Positions 33,406 to 43,367 of a stretch of DNA of 64,000 bases are shown here, one piece after another (positions within the stretch are counted from its first letter, which is position 1; each line of letters opens with the position of its first letter). Below the pieces are notes generated by a model that had not been told where the DNA came from, made no database searches, and saw only the letters and a list, made by a program, of their open reading frames with translations. The DNA is from Epithemia pelagica (taxonomy: Eukaryota; Protista; Bacillariophyta). The position numbers and the translations under genes are program-made. The stretch is taken from NCBI GenBank assembly GCA_946965045.2, contig OX337234.1, positions 682,001 through 746,000 of the forward strand, given 5' to 3'.

Positions 33406-36213
33406 ATGACAGTTACTGAGCCTTACGAGGATGACCTCCTTTTTTCCGGTGGAGAAGAGGAGGGACCTGGGGATTCTGTTCCTGTTCATGACGGGACTGC
33501 TTCTTTGGCCGCAGTGATTAATCGTCCTTCCAATGCTATGTTGGATTCCCACCATGGTGTTGATTCCACTGAAGAGTCTTCCTCCCCTTATGCTTCCCGT
33601 CCTTCGGATGAAGATGAGGATGAAGACTCTTCCTTTTCAGAGAAAGTTGAAAACCTCTCTCTGAGTTCATCTTCTTCCCGTCGTGACTCTAAACCCACGA
33701 AGAAGAAGAAGATCCCGAAGTCTCCGAAACGTTCCACGAAGAAGAGTTCTGGTGCCCCTTCCTCCAGTTCTACTGGAGGAAGCTCTCGTGCCCCCCTTTC
33801 CAAGCGCAAGACCTTCAAGCCTATCGACGTTTCAAAAGGAGACTCCCTTCGTCGTCCCTCGGATATTTTCAAAACACCAGTCCCGATTTCCGATCCGCTT
33901 ATCCAGAGTCTGGCTTCTTGCCTCCCTTTGGATTGGTCAGATTGCTTCAACCTCCCGTTTAATCTTTCCCTTGATGCAGATCCGCAATCCTGGTCCAAGT
34001 TTTGTTCCAAATTTGACAAGGTGACAACGAGCTCTGAACTACAACGCTTCCTTTCTTGTGACTTAGACTCCTCACCCCAAGCCTTCCTTTGCGTCGATCC
34101 GAAGGGCAAGATCCGCTTTATCCATAACCTCTTGGTGAGCCCGGATTCTGGCAACTTCTTGAATCCCGTCCCTTCTTTCATTGGTCTTTGCCATTCTAAG
34201 TTCGGATCCCCCCCGATCTGCCTTGACACAGAGGACGTTGATTCAGGACTTTTGCTTAATATTGATCACTCTGGAGTCCCGTCCGCCGCTGAGATCCTAG
34301 CAAAATGCTCTTATGACGCTTTGGCTTCTCCGTCCACGAAGAAACGCCCAGATGATTGTGCCCCTAAGTTTCACCTCGATTTTGCCTCCTTTGGCAACTT
34401 GAAGAAACCTATGACCCCTGCTGACCCGGATGCTGCAGCGAATACTTTCACTTGCAAAGGCCTTTTTCCGGTTCACCCAGCCTTTTCTGGTGAATTGTTG
34501 CGTTTGCTCTCCAAGAACGGGCACGGTACCACTCGTTGTGGTGCTCCGTCGATTGCTACCTGTCTTTTCAGTTTCATCTTCAACCGTTGGGCATGCTCTA
34601 CCCCTGAAGATGACCAAAAGGCTTGTTCTTCGATTCCTTTAGGCAATGATATCGTGAAGATTGCTCTTCCTTTATTTCGTTTCCTTTGGTTAGCCCACCA
34701 CCACCCCTCCAAGATCGAGTCTATTTCCTTTGAGGTCCCTGCAAACTTCGACTCCGCCCTTTCGACCTATACTAATCACCTTTGTCGGTTGTTTCCGGAT
34801 TTTGTTGACTCTCTTGCTCCCCGAGATCTCCCTCTTCCCCCTCACGTGAAGTTGCCCCAAGCCCCTCAAGGTACTCCTCCTCCTTCCCTCACCGCTCCAG
34901 TTGCTGCGACAACTTCCCCTCCCACCCAACCCATTAGTTCCTCTGTCTCTGCTGATACGATCTATATGGTTGGAAAGTTGTCGGAACAGTTTTCGGAATC
35001 CTTCCTTAAACATTCGAAGAGCGTTTCCAAAGACAAGGAAGATGAGAAACGCGAGATTTTCAAACACACTTCCCACCTCCGTAATGGGATTGTGTTTGGC
35101 CAAGTTGGTCCAAATTCGTCTGAGTTCCCTCAATCTCCCTCTGATGTTGCAGTGGAGCTCTTTCGTCAAAAGAGTACTCACACCTTGTACTCAACGATTC
35201 ATGCCCGTGTGTTTCGTAAATCCGACAATGCTTGTCAGATCCTGTTTGGGCAATGTGGTGTTCTGCAGAAGTTTGGTCTTCGTTGGCGCGAGGATGACCA
35301 CCCCAGTGGTTTCTCCCCATTCTCTTTTGATCCCAATGGTGGTTCCGGTTCCGCTTCACAGCGTTCCTTGGATCATGACATCCAGCACGACATTTACAAA
35401 TGCTCTCTCCGTCACGATAACGGCCTTTCAACAAAAGATATGCGTGATATCTTCGTCAACGAGAAGCTTTTCTTTCCTTTAACTTGCGATGAATTTGCCA
35501 TGCAGTTGCGCTCTTTCTACCTCTTCGCTTGTGCTATTTGGGACGAAAATTCCTTCGCTTGCCTTCAGCTTCACGAGATGGTGGAACATTTCCTTTCGAA
35601 TCGGTTCATTTATCGGAACAGCCAAGATTTTGACCCAACATTTCTATGCCGTGTTCTGTTCTCAATCGACTTTGCGATTCAGCGTTTCATCGACAAGTAT
35701 CTTGAAGATGCTGCATGCCTTGAAGATATTCGAGGTGATAAACTCGACTATCACTTTAACAAGCTCTGCGACAAGATTGAATCTAAGGAAGATATCTGTA
35801 AGATGCTTCCAAAGTTCATCGATCAGGCTATCCGTGCGAAGGCGAAGGATCCTTCCGGTGGTTCTAGTGGTTCGAATTCCAACTCCTCTTCGAAGAAGCG
35901 AGGTCCCCCCACATCGGATAACGACTCTCGAGCCTTGAGCGCCAGATATGAATCTCCGGCTGATTGGTGCATCCCTTCCGACCTCAAGTACTCCAAGGTT
36001 TTTACACGTGATGTCCTTTCTCGTATGCCAACGATGTCAGTTGACGGTAAAGTTCGCCCCTTTTGCAACAAACTTTTTGCCATGAAATATTGTCGCAATG
36101 GAAATTCTTGCCATTTCTGTCATGCAGACCCGATGGAACATGGTAAAGCGAACGAAATGTCTGCCTTCTACAAGAAGGTGTATGCGGACGCCAAGAAGAA
36201 GTCTTCTTCCTGA
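33406..36213 (+). CDS. Ngaro ORF1, gag-like protein with C-terminal CCCH zinc finger
   Basis: 935-aa intact ORF immediately after A1; FCNKLFAMKYCRNGNSCHFCH (C-x8-C-x5-C-x3-H). Confidence 0.85.
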   Translation: MTVTEPYEDDLLFSGGEEEGPGDSVPVHDGTASLAAVINRPSNAMLDSHHGVDSTEESSSPYASRPSDEDEDEDSSFSEKVENLSLSSSSSRRDSKPTKKKKIPKSPKRSTKKSSGAPSSSSTGGSSRAPLSKRKTFKPIDVSKGDSLRRPSDIFKTPVPISDPLIQSLASCLPLDWSDCFNLPFNLSLDADPQSWSKFCSKFDKVTTSSELQRFLSCDLDSSPQAFLCVDPKGKIRFIHNLLVSPDSGNFLNPVPSFIGLCHSKFGSPPICLDTEDVDSGLLLNIDHSGVPSAAEILAKCSYDALASPSTKKRPDDCAPKFHLDFASFGNLKKPMTPADPDAAANTFTCKGLFPVHPAFSGELLRLLSKNGHGTTRCGAPSIATCLFSFIFNRWACSTPEDDQKACSSIPLGNDIVKIALPLFRFLWLAHHHPSKIESISFEVPANFDSALSTYTNHLCRLFPDFVDSLAPRDLPLPPHVKLPQAPQGTPPPSLTAPVAATTSPPTQPISSSVSADTIYMVGKLSEQFSESFLKHSKSVSKDKEDEKREIFKHTSHLRNGIVFGQVGPNSSEFPQSPSDVAVELFRQKSTHTLYSTIHARVFRKSDNACQILFGQCGVLQKFGLRWREDDHPSGFSPFSFDPNGGSGSASQRSLDHDIQHDIYKCSLRHDNGLSTKDMRDIFVNEKLFFPLTCDEFAMQLRSFYLFACAIWDENSFACLQLHEMVEHFLSNRFIYRNSQDFDPTFLCRVLFSIDFAIQRFIDKYLEDAACLEDIRGDKLDYHFNKLCDKIESKEDICKMLPKFIDQAIRAKAKDPSGGSSGSNSNSSSKKRGPPTSDNDSRALSARYESPADWCIPSDLKYSKVFTRDVLSRMPTMSVDGKVRPFCNKLFAMKYCRNGNSCHFCHADPMEHGKANEMSAFYKKVYADAKKKSSS

Positions 36214-36225
36214 CTGATTCCGGGG

Positions 36226-39200
36226 TTGATTGCTGGAGTGAATAGCGTTGCTTCCTCACTTTCTAACGATTCCGTTTGCTCTTCGTATTCACCTTCTCTC
36301 AACCCCCCGCCTCCGTCCATTAATATTCGTTCCCCTCCTTCACTAGCACCAGATGTTTCATCCTTGATGCGAGAAACCCCCAAGATTCCGACTCCGATAG
36401 TTCCGCGTCTATTCTCTGACGAGACGAGAGTTACCCAACATGATGTTTCTAACAAACTGATGATCACCCCAGCTGCGATTCCCAAGAGTGTGAATTTCTC
36501 TGACACGGTCCGTTGCAAATCCTTTTCGAAGAAGAAGCCCATTTCTAAGAAACCTCTCTCAACCTCCCTCAAGACACTGACTTCTATTCTACGACATCCG
36601 AGTGACCCTTCTTGCGCGACCGACAGACCCCAAGATCCGTCCCTACCATCTGTCCCTGCTCGCCCCTCTTCGAGTATTATTGTAGAAGGCCCTTCGGATT
36701 CTACCCCCCAACTTTCCGAACCCAACCGATCATTTCTGGATGCCGTCGCAGACGCTGCCAAACATCAAGCTAACGAGTCGGGTTTTGGTCCTTCTGATTC
36801 TTCGACTGTCTCACAAATTCCATTTGGTAAACCCCGACTCCAAGGATCGGCCACTCCTAACATTGCTTCGGACCTATCTGGACGTTCTCTCCAGCGAAAC
36901 CTATCCCGTCTACAGAATGAGATGATTTCTAGTGAGGAAATGCTAGGTGAGTCTGATCAATCGTTACCCCCACTACGTTCTGGCTTGATCCCTGTTGACT
37001 TTCAGGAACCATATCTTCCGAACAATCCAACTCGAATCTTCACCAAGAAGATACCGAGACCACCACGTTCTGCCACGAACGTCAGTCACTCTGTCGATCG
37101 GATAGTCACGATATGCAATTCAACAGTTGCAACACCACACGCTTCCCCTTTCGTCCATGAGCTCTCTCTGTCAGCCGCGCAGACCAACTCTAACCTCATC
37201 GAAGAATTTGGTTACGACCTCCAAGCACTATTTGACGCCCACCCAAATAGCACCATTAGCCCTGGCTCCGAGTTTCGCCCAATCTGTGTAATCGAATCGT
37301 TGCTCCAACACCACCCCTTTTGGCCAATCCTCTCTTCCATGCTCTTTCGAGGGGCCAGCTACAAGTTCAAGAACATACCTTCTGATGCTGACCGAGAGAT
37401 GGAAAACGATGCGATTCTGGAGTATGGCAATCACTCATCTGCCGTTAAACGCCCCGAGGCTCTACGAAAGGTGTCCGAGAAAGACACCAAGTTCGGGTTC
37501 TCCCTTCCGATAACGTTTGATTGTGCACGTAAGATCAAGGACGGTCGCGTTGGCCCCCTCGGCGTTGCACAACACGCCGGCATCAACGAGCACGGCGACA
37601 TTGTGATCAAGGATCGACTCGCACATGATCAATCTTTCTCCCTTGGTTATTCTCCCAGCCTCAATGATATTGTCGATGACTCGGAACTGCCAGACTTAGT
37701 GTTCGGATGGTGTATCAACCGCTTAATACACCAGATTGTTGCGTTGCGCTCTCAATTTCCAACACACCGAATTCTGATCTGCAAATTCAATTGGGGCTCC
37801 GCGTACAGGCGCATAAATGGTGACGGCACGTTGACAGCCAATACGATCACAACGGACGTGAGCGGCGATTTCGCCAACATTTTGACTCGCCTTTCGTTTG
37901 GCGGCCGCCCCCACCCAGCGATGTTCAGCGTCTTCTCTGAAGCCGCATGTGACCTTTGCAATGACCTAGTTGACTTAGATGAGTGGCACCCATCGGTTTG
38001 CCGCTCCCCACTCCAAGACATGATGGGCGACGTAAATCGACTCGACGACTCAATCCCCTATCATGCAGGACAACCTCTTGCAGTGGACGTGGAAACAAAA
38101 CCGAAAGGATTCCATGACGTCTACCTTGACGATATGGTGCAAGTTTTTACCGACACCCCCGAACATTTGGACCGCTCCCCAGGGATTGTCCCTCTGGTCC
38201 TTCACATGTTAGTCCGCCCGGTCGCTCCCGACGAACCCATACATAGAACCGAAATCTTAGCTGCCGACAAGATGAAGGCCGAAGGCGCACCCTCCGAGAC
38301 GATGAGGGTTCTGGGTTGGTTGTTGGATACGCGACGATTGTTGCTGATTCTCCCCCGTGAGAAGTTTCTCGGATGGACAAAACAGATTCAAGCTTTGCTC
38401 GATCCCAAGCGACAGAGTTGGACATTCGGCGAAATCGATTCAATGACAGGAAAAATGATCCATGCTTGCAAAGGAATTCCTCACGCTCTCTTCTACACGA
38501 AGCGTATGCAAGCTTTCAAGACTTCTCTCATTCGGCGATATACCAAATCCCAAGCCGAACAGTCAGACGACTCCTCGAACAACCCGAATCCCAAGCCCAT
38601 TCCGCGCCCGCGCCCATGGTTTCGATATAAAATCCCACACTCCATCCGACCAGACCTCGAGATTTGGATCAAACTTATCCAACGAGCACACGAAGGCATC
38701 AGTTTGAACCTTCTTACTTGTCGCGTTCCAACCAACGTCATCATCGCCGACTCATGCCCATACGGTATGGGCGGCTTTTCGATTCGGACCGGCCGGGCAT
38801 GGCACATTGCCCTAGACCCAGAGGTGTACGCTATGGCGCATGAAGCTGAAGATTTGGAGGAAGATCTCGACGCAGGGACAGGGACACCAGACCCAGCACT
38901 CAGCAACAACCTGTTCGAATTTATTTGTCAAGTGGTGACAATTTGGCAAGAATGTCTGGACGACGCCCTCCCCCAGGAAGCGTGTGTACTCGGACTGTCC
39001 GATAGCAGTTTGGCTACAGGTTGGATGCACCGGTCCTCTTTCGGTGTCAACAAGCCCAACCATCAACGAGTCTCTGCGAAGCTGACAGAGTTGGTCTTGG
39101 ACTATCGATTTGCTCTCCATTCCGAGCATATTCCAGGACGGCAGAACGTGGTGACGGATATGCTCTCACGCACGTTTGATTGTTGCGACAACGAATTAAC

Positions 39201-39627
39201 CTCACGTATTCACTCTCTGTATCCTAACCAGATTCCGAAGAATTTCAAGATCTTGGAGCTGCCCAACGAAATCAAATCTTGGATCTCCTCAGTCGCACCG
39301 CGGCTACAAGAATTTTCTTTGGACGAGTCGAATCGTCCAACCAGGCTGTCGACAGATCCTGGGGACGATGGCTCAAACACCTCCGACTGTTCAATCTCCA
39401 AGACGACCCCTTTTTGGAGAGCATCACGTCCATTCGAACGCGATCGCAGGTCGTCGGACTCTTCCTCCAACGACTGCGAGACGGAACTTGGTGCAGAACA
39501 ACTACAGGGCCTCTTCGAGCGTCAACTCTCGAAAAGGCCCTTGGCGACGTGGCACAGAGGTTCCGGCATAACGATAGGCCAAGCCCCTGCCACCTCCCGT
39601 ACAGCAACCGCCTTCATCCCATCATAG
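36226..39627 (+). CDS. Ngaro ORF2, reverse transcriptase plus RNase H (motif-A Asp appears mutated to Asn)
   Basis: RLAHDQSF, KFNWGSAYRR, RLSFGG, DVYLDD, VLGWLLDT; RNase H ADSCPYGMGG, NLFEF, SDS, HIPGRQNVVTDMLSR. First ATG at 36367. Confidence 0.93.
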   Translation: MIAGVNSVASSLSNDSVCSSYSPSLNPPPPSINIRSPPSLAPDVSSLMRETPKIPTPIVPRLFSDETRVTQHDVSNKLMITPAAIPKSVNFSDTVRCKSFSKKKPISKKPLSTSLKTLTSILRHPSDPSCATDRPQDPSLPSVPARPSSSIIVEGPSDSTPQLSEPNRSFLDAVADAAKHQANESGFGPSDSSTVSQIPFGKPRLQGSATPNIASDLSGRSLQRNLSRLQNEMISSEEMLGESDQSLPPLRSGLIPVDFQEPYLPNNPTRIFTKKIPRPPRSATNVSHSVDRIVTICNSTVATPHASPFVHELSLSAAQTNSNLIEEFGYDLQALFDAHPNSTISPGSEFRPICVIESLLQHHPFWPILSSMLFRGASYKFKNIPSDADREMENDAILEYGNHSSAVKRPEALRKVSEKDTKFGFSLPITFDCARKIKDGRVGPLGVAQHAGINEHGDIVIKDRLAHDQSFSLGYSPSLNDIVDDSELPDLVFGWCINRLIHQIVALRSQFPTHRILICKFNWGSAYRRINGDGTLTANTITTDVSGDFANILTRLSFGGRPHPAMFSVFSEAACDLCNDLVDLDEWHPSVCRSPLQDMMGDVNRLDDSIPYHAGQPLAVDVETKPKGFHDVYLDDMVQVFTDTPEHLDRSPGIVPLVLHMLVRPVAPDEPIHRTEILAADKMKAEGAPSETMRVLGWLLDTRRLLLILPREKFLGWTKQIQALLDPKRQSWTFGEIDSMTGKMIHACKGIPHALFYTKRMQAFKTSLIRRYTKSQAEQSDDSSNNPNPKPIPRPRPWFRYKIPHSIRPDLEIWIKLIQRAHEGISLNLLTCRVPTNVIIADSCPYGMGGFSIRTGRAWHIALDPEVYAMAHEAEDLEEDLDAGTGTPDPALSNNLFEFICQVVTIWQECLDDALPQEACVLGLSDSSLATGWMHRSSFGVNKPNHQRVSAKLTELVLDYRFALHSEHIPGRQNVVTDMLSRTFDCCDNELTSRIHSLYPNQIPKNFKILELPNEIKSWISSVAPRLQEFSLDESNRPTRLSTDPGDDGSNTSDCSISKTTPFWRASRPFERDRRSSDSSSNDCETELGAEQLQGLFERQLSKRPLATWHRGSGITIGQAPATSRTATAFIPS

Positions 39628-40592
39628 AAGTTCTCAAGAAAGCATGGAAACAGTTGGATCCAGAGGAGGACCGCCAAAAAGCCGCAACACCACGCCACCT
39701 TCGCCACATGTGGATTACCGCTTGCACAATCGCATCCGACTTGGTGGATACTGCTTCTTTCAACGCCTGCGTCGCCGATCTCGCTATACTCGCCTTCTTC
39801 TTCGCGATGCGAAGCTGCGAGTACAGCACCGTGAAACAGCGTGGTAAAACAAAACTCCTCCAAATAGGTAACATTCGTTTCAAGAGAAACGACCAACTCC
39901 GATCCGAAATTTGCCCGACTCACCCCAATTTCGACGAGGAAGCATTCTTTATTTCAATTACCTTTGTCGAGCAGAAAAATGCGAACAAGTTCCAGACGAG
40001 AACACAGTGCAGGACCAACGATAAGATTCTCTGCCCCGTTCGAGTCGGCGGTAGAATTGTTCGACGGATTCTTCACTACCTGCCGAACGCTCCGTCCAAG
40101 ACACCGGTGAATTGTTGGTTCGATCCGACCAACCTCTCCCCCGACCGCGACCCCAAACCTCGATTCATCCGTGCCGAAGACACGATGCGACTCTTGCGCT
40201 CCTCCTGCTTGACCGGCGGAGGACACTCCATGTTCGGCTACCGCCCCTCTGACATCGGAACCCACTCACTTCGCTCGGGCGCGGCAATGGCCTTGTTCCT
40301 CGCGAAGACGTCGGTCCTCAAGATCATGATCCTGGGCAGATGGTCGTCGGCGGCCTTCCTCCGCTATATACGCCCACAAGTAATGGAATGGACGGCTGGC
40401 ATGTCGACGGCCATGCTCACCAACCCAGATTTCCGACACGTTGACCCCGCCAACCGCACGACGATGACAGCCGAAGATATTGACTCGATTCAATCGAACA
40501 TTGAAGCAGCGATCGAATCGCCCGAAGAAATTCAGTTCACTGGCTCCGTTGCATTCGGAACATTCACAACCCAACTGAATCTCGAATACTGA
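39279..40592 (+). CDS. Ngaro ORF3, tyrosine recombinase (overlaps the 3' end of ORF2)
   Basis: FFFAMRSCEY (Arg I), HSLRSGAA (HxxR), LGRWSS..FLRYIR (Trp, catalytic Tyr). Confidence 0.95.
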   Translation: MDLLSRTAATRIFFGRVESSNQAVDRSWGRWLKHLRLFNLQDDPFLESITSIRTRSQVVGLFLQRLRDGTWCRTTTGPLRASTLEKALGDVAQRFRHNDRPSPCHLPYSNRLHPIIEVLKKAWKQLDPEEDRQKAATPRHLRHMWITACTIASDLVDTASFNACVADLAILAFFFAMRSCEYSTVKQRGKTKLLQIGNIRFKRNDQLRSEICPTHPNFDEEAFFISITFVEQKNANKFQTRTQCRTNDKILCPVRVGGRIVRRILHYLPNAPSKTPVNCWFDPTNLSPDRDPKPRFIRAEDTMRLLRSSCLTGGGHSMFGYRPSDIGTHSLRSGAAMALFLAKTSVLKIMILGRWSSAAFLRYIRPQVMEWTAGMSTAMLTNPDFRHVDPANRTTMTAEDIDSIQSNIEAAIESPEEIQFTGSVAFGTFTTQLNLEY

Positions 40593-40640
40593 CGACGGAT
40601 CCATTTGTTTCTGACATTCCGAACACGAGTTCATTGGTAT

Positions 40641-41137
40641 TGGGAGCCACTCCGGTTCCTTTGGGCCTTACGGCAAGTGCGACTACTCTCCCTCTAGCAC
40701 TCCTCTAGCTATGTGTCGGACCTTCGCGACGGACAGACTGCTCCGACTGCAGGATGTGTTCGCTGGTCCCCCCGCGGTGTCTGTCGTGCGTACGTCGGAG
40801 CAGGGCAGTGGATCGCGAGCATGATGGGCAATGACGCGCCTGTCGACGCGCCTCTCGGCGCTTACGATCTTAGCTTCACTCCATCACTGCGCAAGAGTCC
40901 AGAGCTCACAATCTTGAGACTGTGAGCCTTGCCACTGCCATCTCGAGAGAAGGTCTACATAGATAGATCTAAGACAATCAAAAACTCCCCTTTCCCGCCC
41001 TGGGAGCCACTCCGGTTCCTTTGGGCCTTATGGCAAGTGCGACTACTCTCCCTCTAGCACTCCTCTAGCTATGTGTCGGACCTTCGCGACGGACAGACTG
41101 CTCCGACTGCAGGATGTGTTCGCTGGTCCCCCCGCGG
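40641..41137 (+). repeat. Ngaro B1-A2-B2 terminal block
   Basis: B1 and B2 are 137 bp each with 1 mismatch (cttacgg vs cttatgg); A2 lies between them. Confidence 0.95.
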
Positions 41138-41420
41138 AAGCCCGAAGCTCACAGTTGCGCAGCATTATCAATCATCAAACTATGACTGACCCTGATCGAG
41201 AAACTTGCGAAACCATCGACATGGAGGTATGTCCTTGTATGATGAACATTCACTGATGTAGTGATACTTCACGGTATTGCCTACGACATGCGTCAAGTAC
41301 ACATAAACCAGGATGGAAGCCAGAATGGTGGATTGCTACGAAACGTGACAGGAAATTGGGAAGCAGGAACCAACGAAAAGAAGCCATACACGGAAACTGA
41401 AACTTCCCCATTGCTGTCCA

Positions 41421-41834
41421 ATGTATTTTGACGACTTTCTCACCTATTGCTCTTTCATGCAAACACTCATTCAGGAACAATTGCGGCGATGTCTTCAAAA
41501 CAATGAGAAACATCGGTGGGGATTCCTGGCAGGAATCCCAAATGCAGCGAACGTTATCAGTTGTGCGCATCTATGCGCCACTAAAGATGCCGGAAGGGCG
41601 CACAAAGAGGCGGCGGAAGCCGTTGCTAAGGGGATGAAAGAGGCCCATAAGGAAGCGGCGGAAGCCGTTGCAGTCTCTGCGCAAGCCATTGCAGTCTCCC
41701 ATAAAGAGGCTGCGCAAGCCATTGCACAAGGGCATAAAGATGCATCTATTTCATTGTCGATTGCCATCGGATTGGGCGCGGTTGCGTATGGTTGGGCCGC
41801 CTGGCTTGGGAGACCCCGCCAAGCACCTCCCTAA
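41421..41834 (+). CDS. Small putative tail-anchored HKEAA-repeat protein (copy 2; 18 aa longer)
   Basis: Paralog of 31877-32236 with an in-frame extra 54 nt of repeat. Confidence 0.5.
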   Translation: MYFDDFLTYCSFMQTLIQEQLRRCLQNNEKHRWGFLAGIPNAANVISCAHLCATKDAGRAHKEAAEAVAKGMKEAHKEAAEAVAVSAQAIAVSHKEAAQAIAQGHKDASISLSIAIGLGAVAYGWAAWLGRPRQAPP

Positions 41835-43367
41835 AAGGGCAGCCATTCCTATTGCATTGGTCCCGTGCGACAGTAAAACAAACGTTCCTGCCGCTGGATT
41901 TCCTTGGAGGATCAGTGAATTTGTCGGTCGTATTGAATACGATCAACGTACACCTGTCCGTGCACCATGATTCATACCAATGTCAAGGCAAAGCCATCAT
42001 CCATAGAGCCTATACTTGGAATGTGTTCGACCGAATTGGACTCTGTCGATAAGCATCCCGTTTTGTGTCCTACAGATAAGAGTCATAAAATATATTATAG
42101 AGCCTTGTACAAAACGAGCAGGGAAAGCTTTTGTGTCGGATCACGTCAAGTCACAGTAACAATGATCAGTCCATAATGTTTTCAACAACACTGGGCTAAT
42201 ACCAGAGGTTGCGCGGGAGCGGGTTTTCAGATTTTCCTGGAGTCCCCTGCCATCAATAATCCCCAGCGAGGCAAGTGGAAGAAGCTGTTCGTTTGGATAT
42301 TGAAAGTTGAGATCCATTCTGCGACAAAAACTCAGTGGGAGTATCGCCAGGTCCCGTTCTCACTTAACAGCTCTATTACCTATTACCACCATCATCGCAC
42401 CATGGCCGATCCAAACACTACCCAAAAAATTGACATTGAGGGATGTCGTTGTACGATGAACATTGCTAACGTACGGAAACTTCAAAGGTACTGGGTAGAC
42501 CACATGCGTGGTGCATTGCTGCGCTGATCGTTGTCCAATGTATTTTGACGACGTTCCCTCTCCCCACTCTCAGACATACAGGTGCATCTCTACCAATCTA
42601 GACGTACAATCTATGGGGAATCACAATGCCCAAAGTCGTGGGACAGTTCCCAACGTAGAGCGTCGTATTCGTATGACTGTTGTATGATAGAGGATCCTTT
42701 GTCTATATGCCTTCAAATGACAGAGTACCTAGCAGCTTTTTTATCATTTGCGCCCATGACGGGCGCTCGCCGCCCGCCGCCGGCGGTTGCACCGGACTGG
42801 GACTCTACATGCGAATGTACTATTCGAGGTACTGAATGATGGTATACACACGCCAGTCATGCTCGGCGAATGATTTGGTTGGGGGAAGCATGAAGCATGA
42901 CGGATGACCGTTAACTGAAGAGTATTGAAGAAGGACAACGTCACGTATCCCAACGCGCTTTCTGTGTTTGATCTTGGGTACGTTTTCGGGTTGGTCGTGT
43001 CGCCTGCGTGGTGGTGGTGGGAAGCAGCGTGACCACGAAAGAGAGCGCGTCCACGCGTTGGCGGCGTTGGGCGCTGCGCTCTCGTTCGTTTGTGTGTGCG
43101 CGTTGCACCTCTCTCTTTCTCTCTCTCGTGTGTTTATCGGAAACACTCTAGACTCTCCATCCAAGGCCATCGTTCGGTTGGTCAAGTGTTGATCCATTCA
43201 TCTTGCTTTTCTACTCTCTACCGCTCCTATCGAGTCTGCTCGTCTCTGGTTCCAGTGATTGGAGCAACCTCCATCGACGCAGGCCATTGCTGTTACACAT
43301 CTCGGCCGACCAGAATTCGCGCTTCTTCTTCACAAGTCTTGTGTGTGTGTGTGTGTGTGGGAACAGG

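Larger units (their letters stand above)
33166..41137 (+). mobile_element. Complete Ngaro-type (DIRS order) tyrosine-recombinase retrotransposon, 7972 bp
   Basis: Split direct repeats A1(33166-33370)-ORFs-B1(40641-40777)-A2(40778-40982)-18-bp spacer-B2(41001-41137); gag, RT/RNase H and YR ORFs; no TSD; the empty site is visible at 31593/31594. Confidence 0.95.

Noticed and set aside
43203-43367. ORF-track start of the 3688-aa ORF
   Set aside because: Non-ATG start that translates through a GT microsatellite; ATG 43368 is more plausible.
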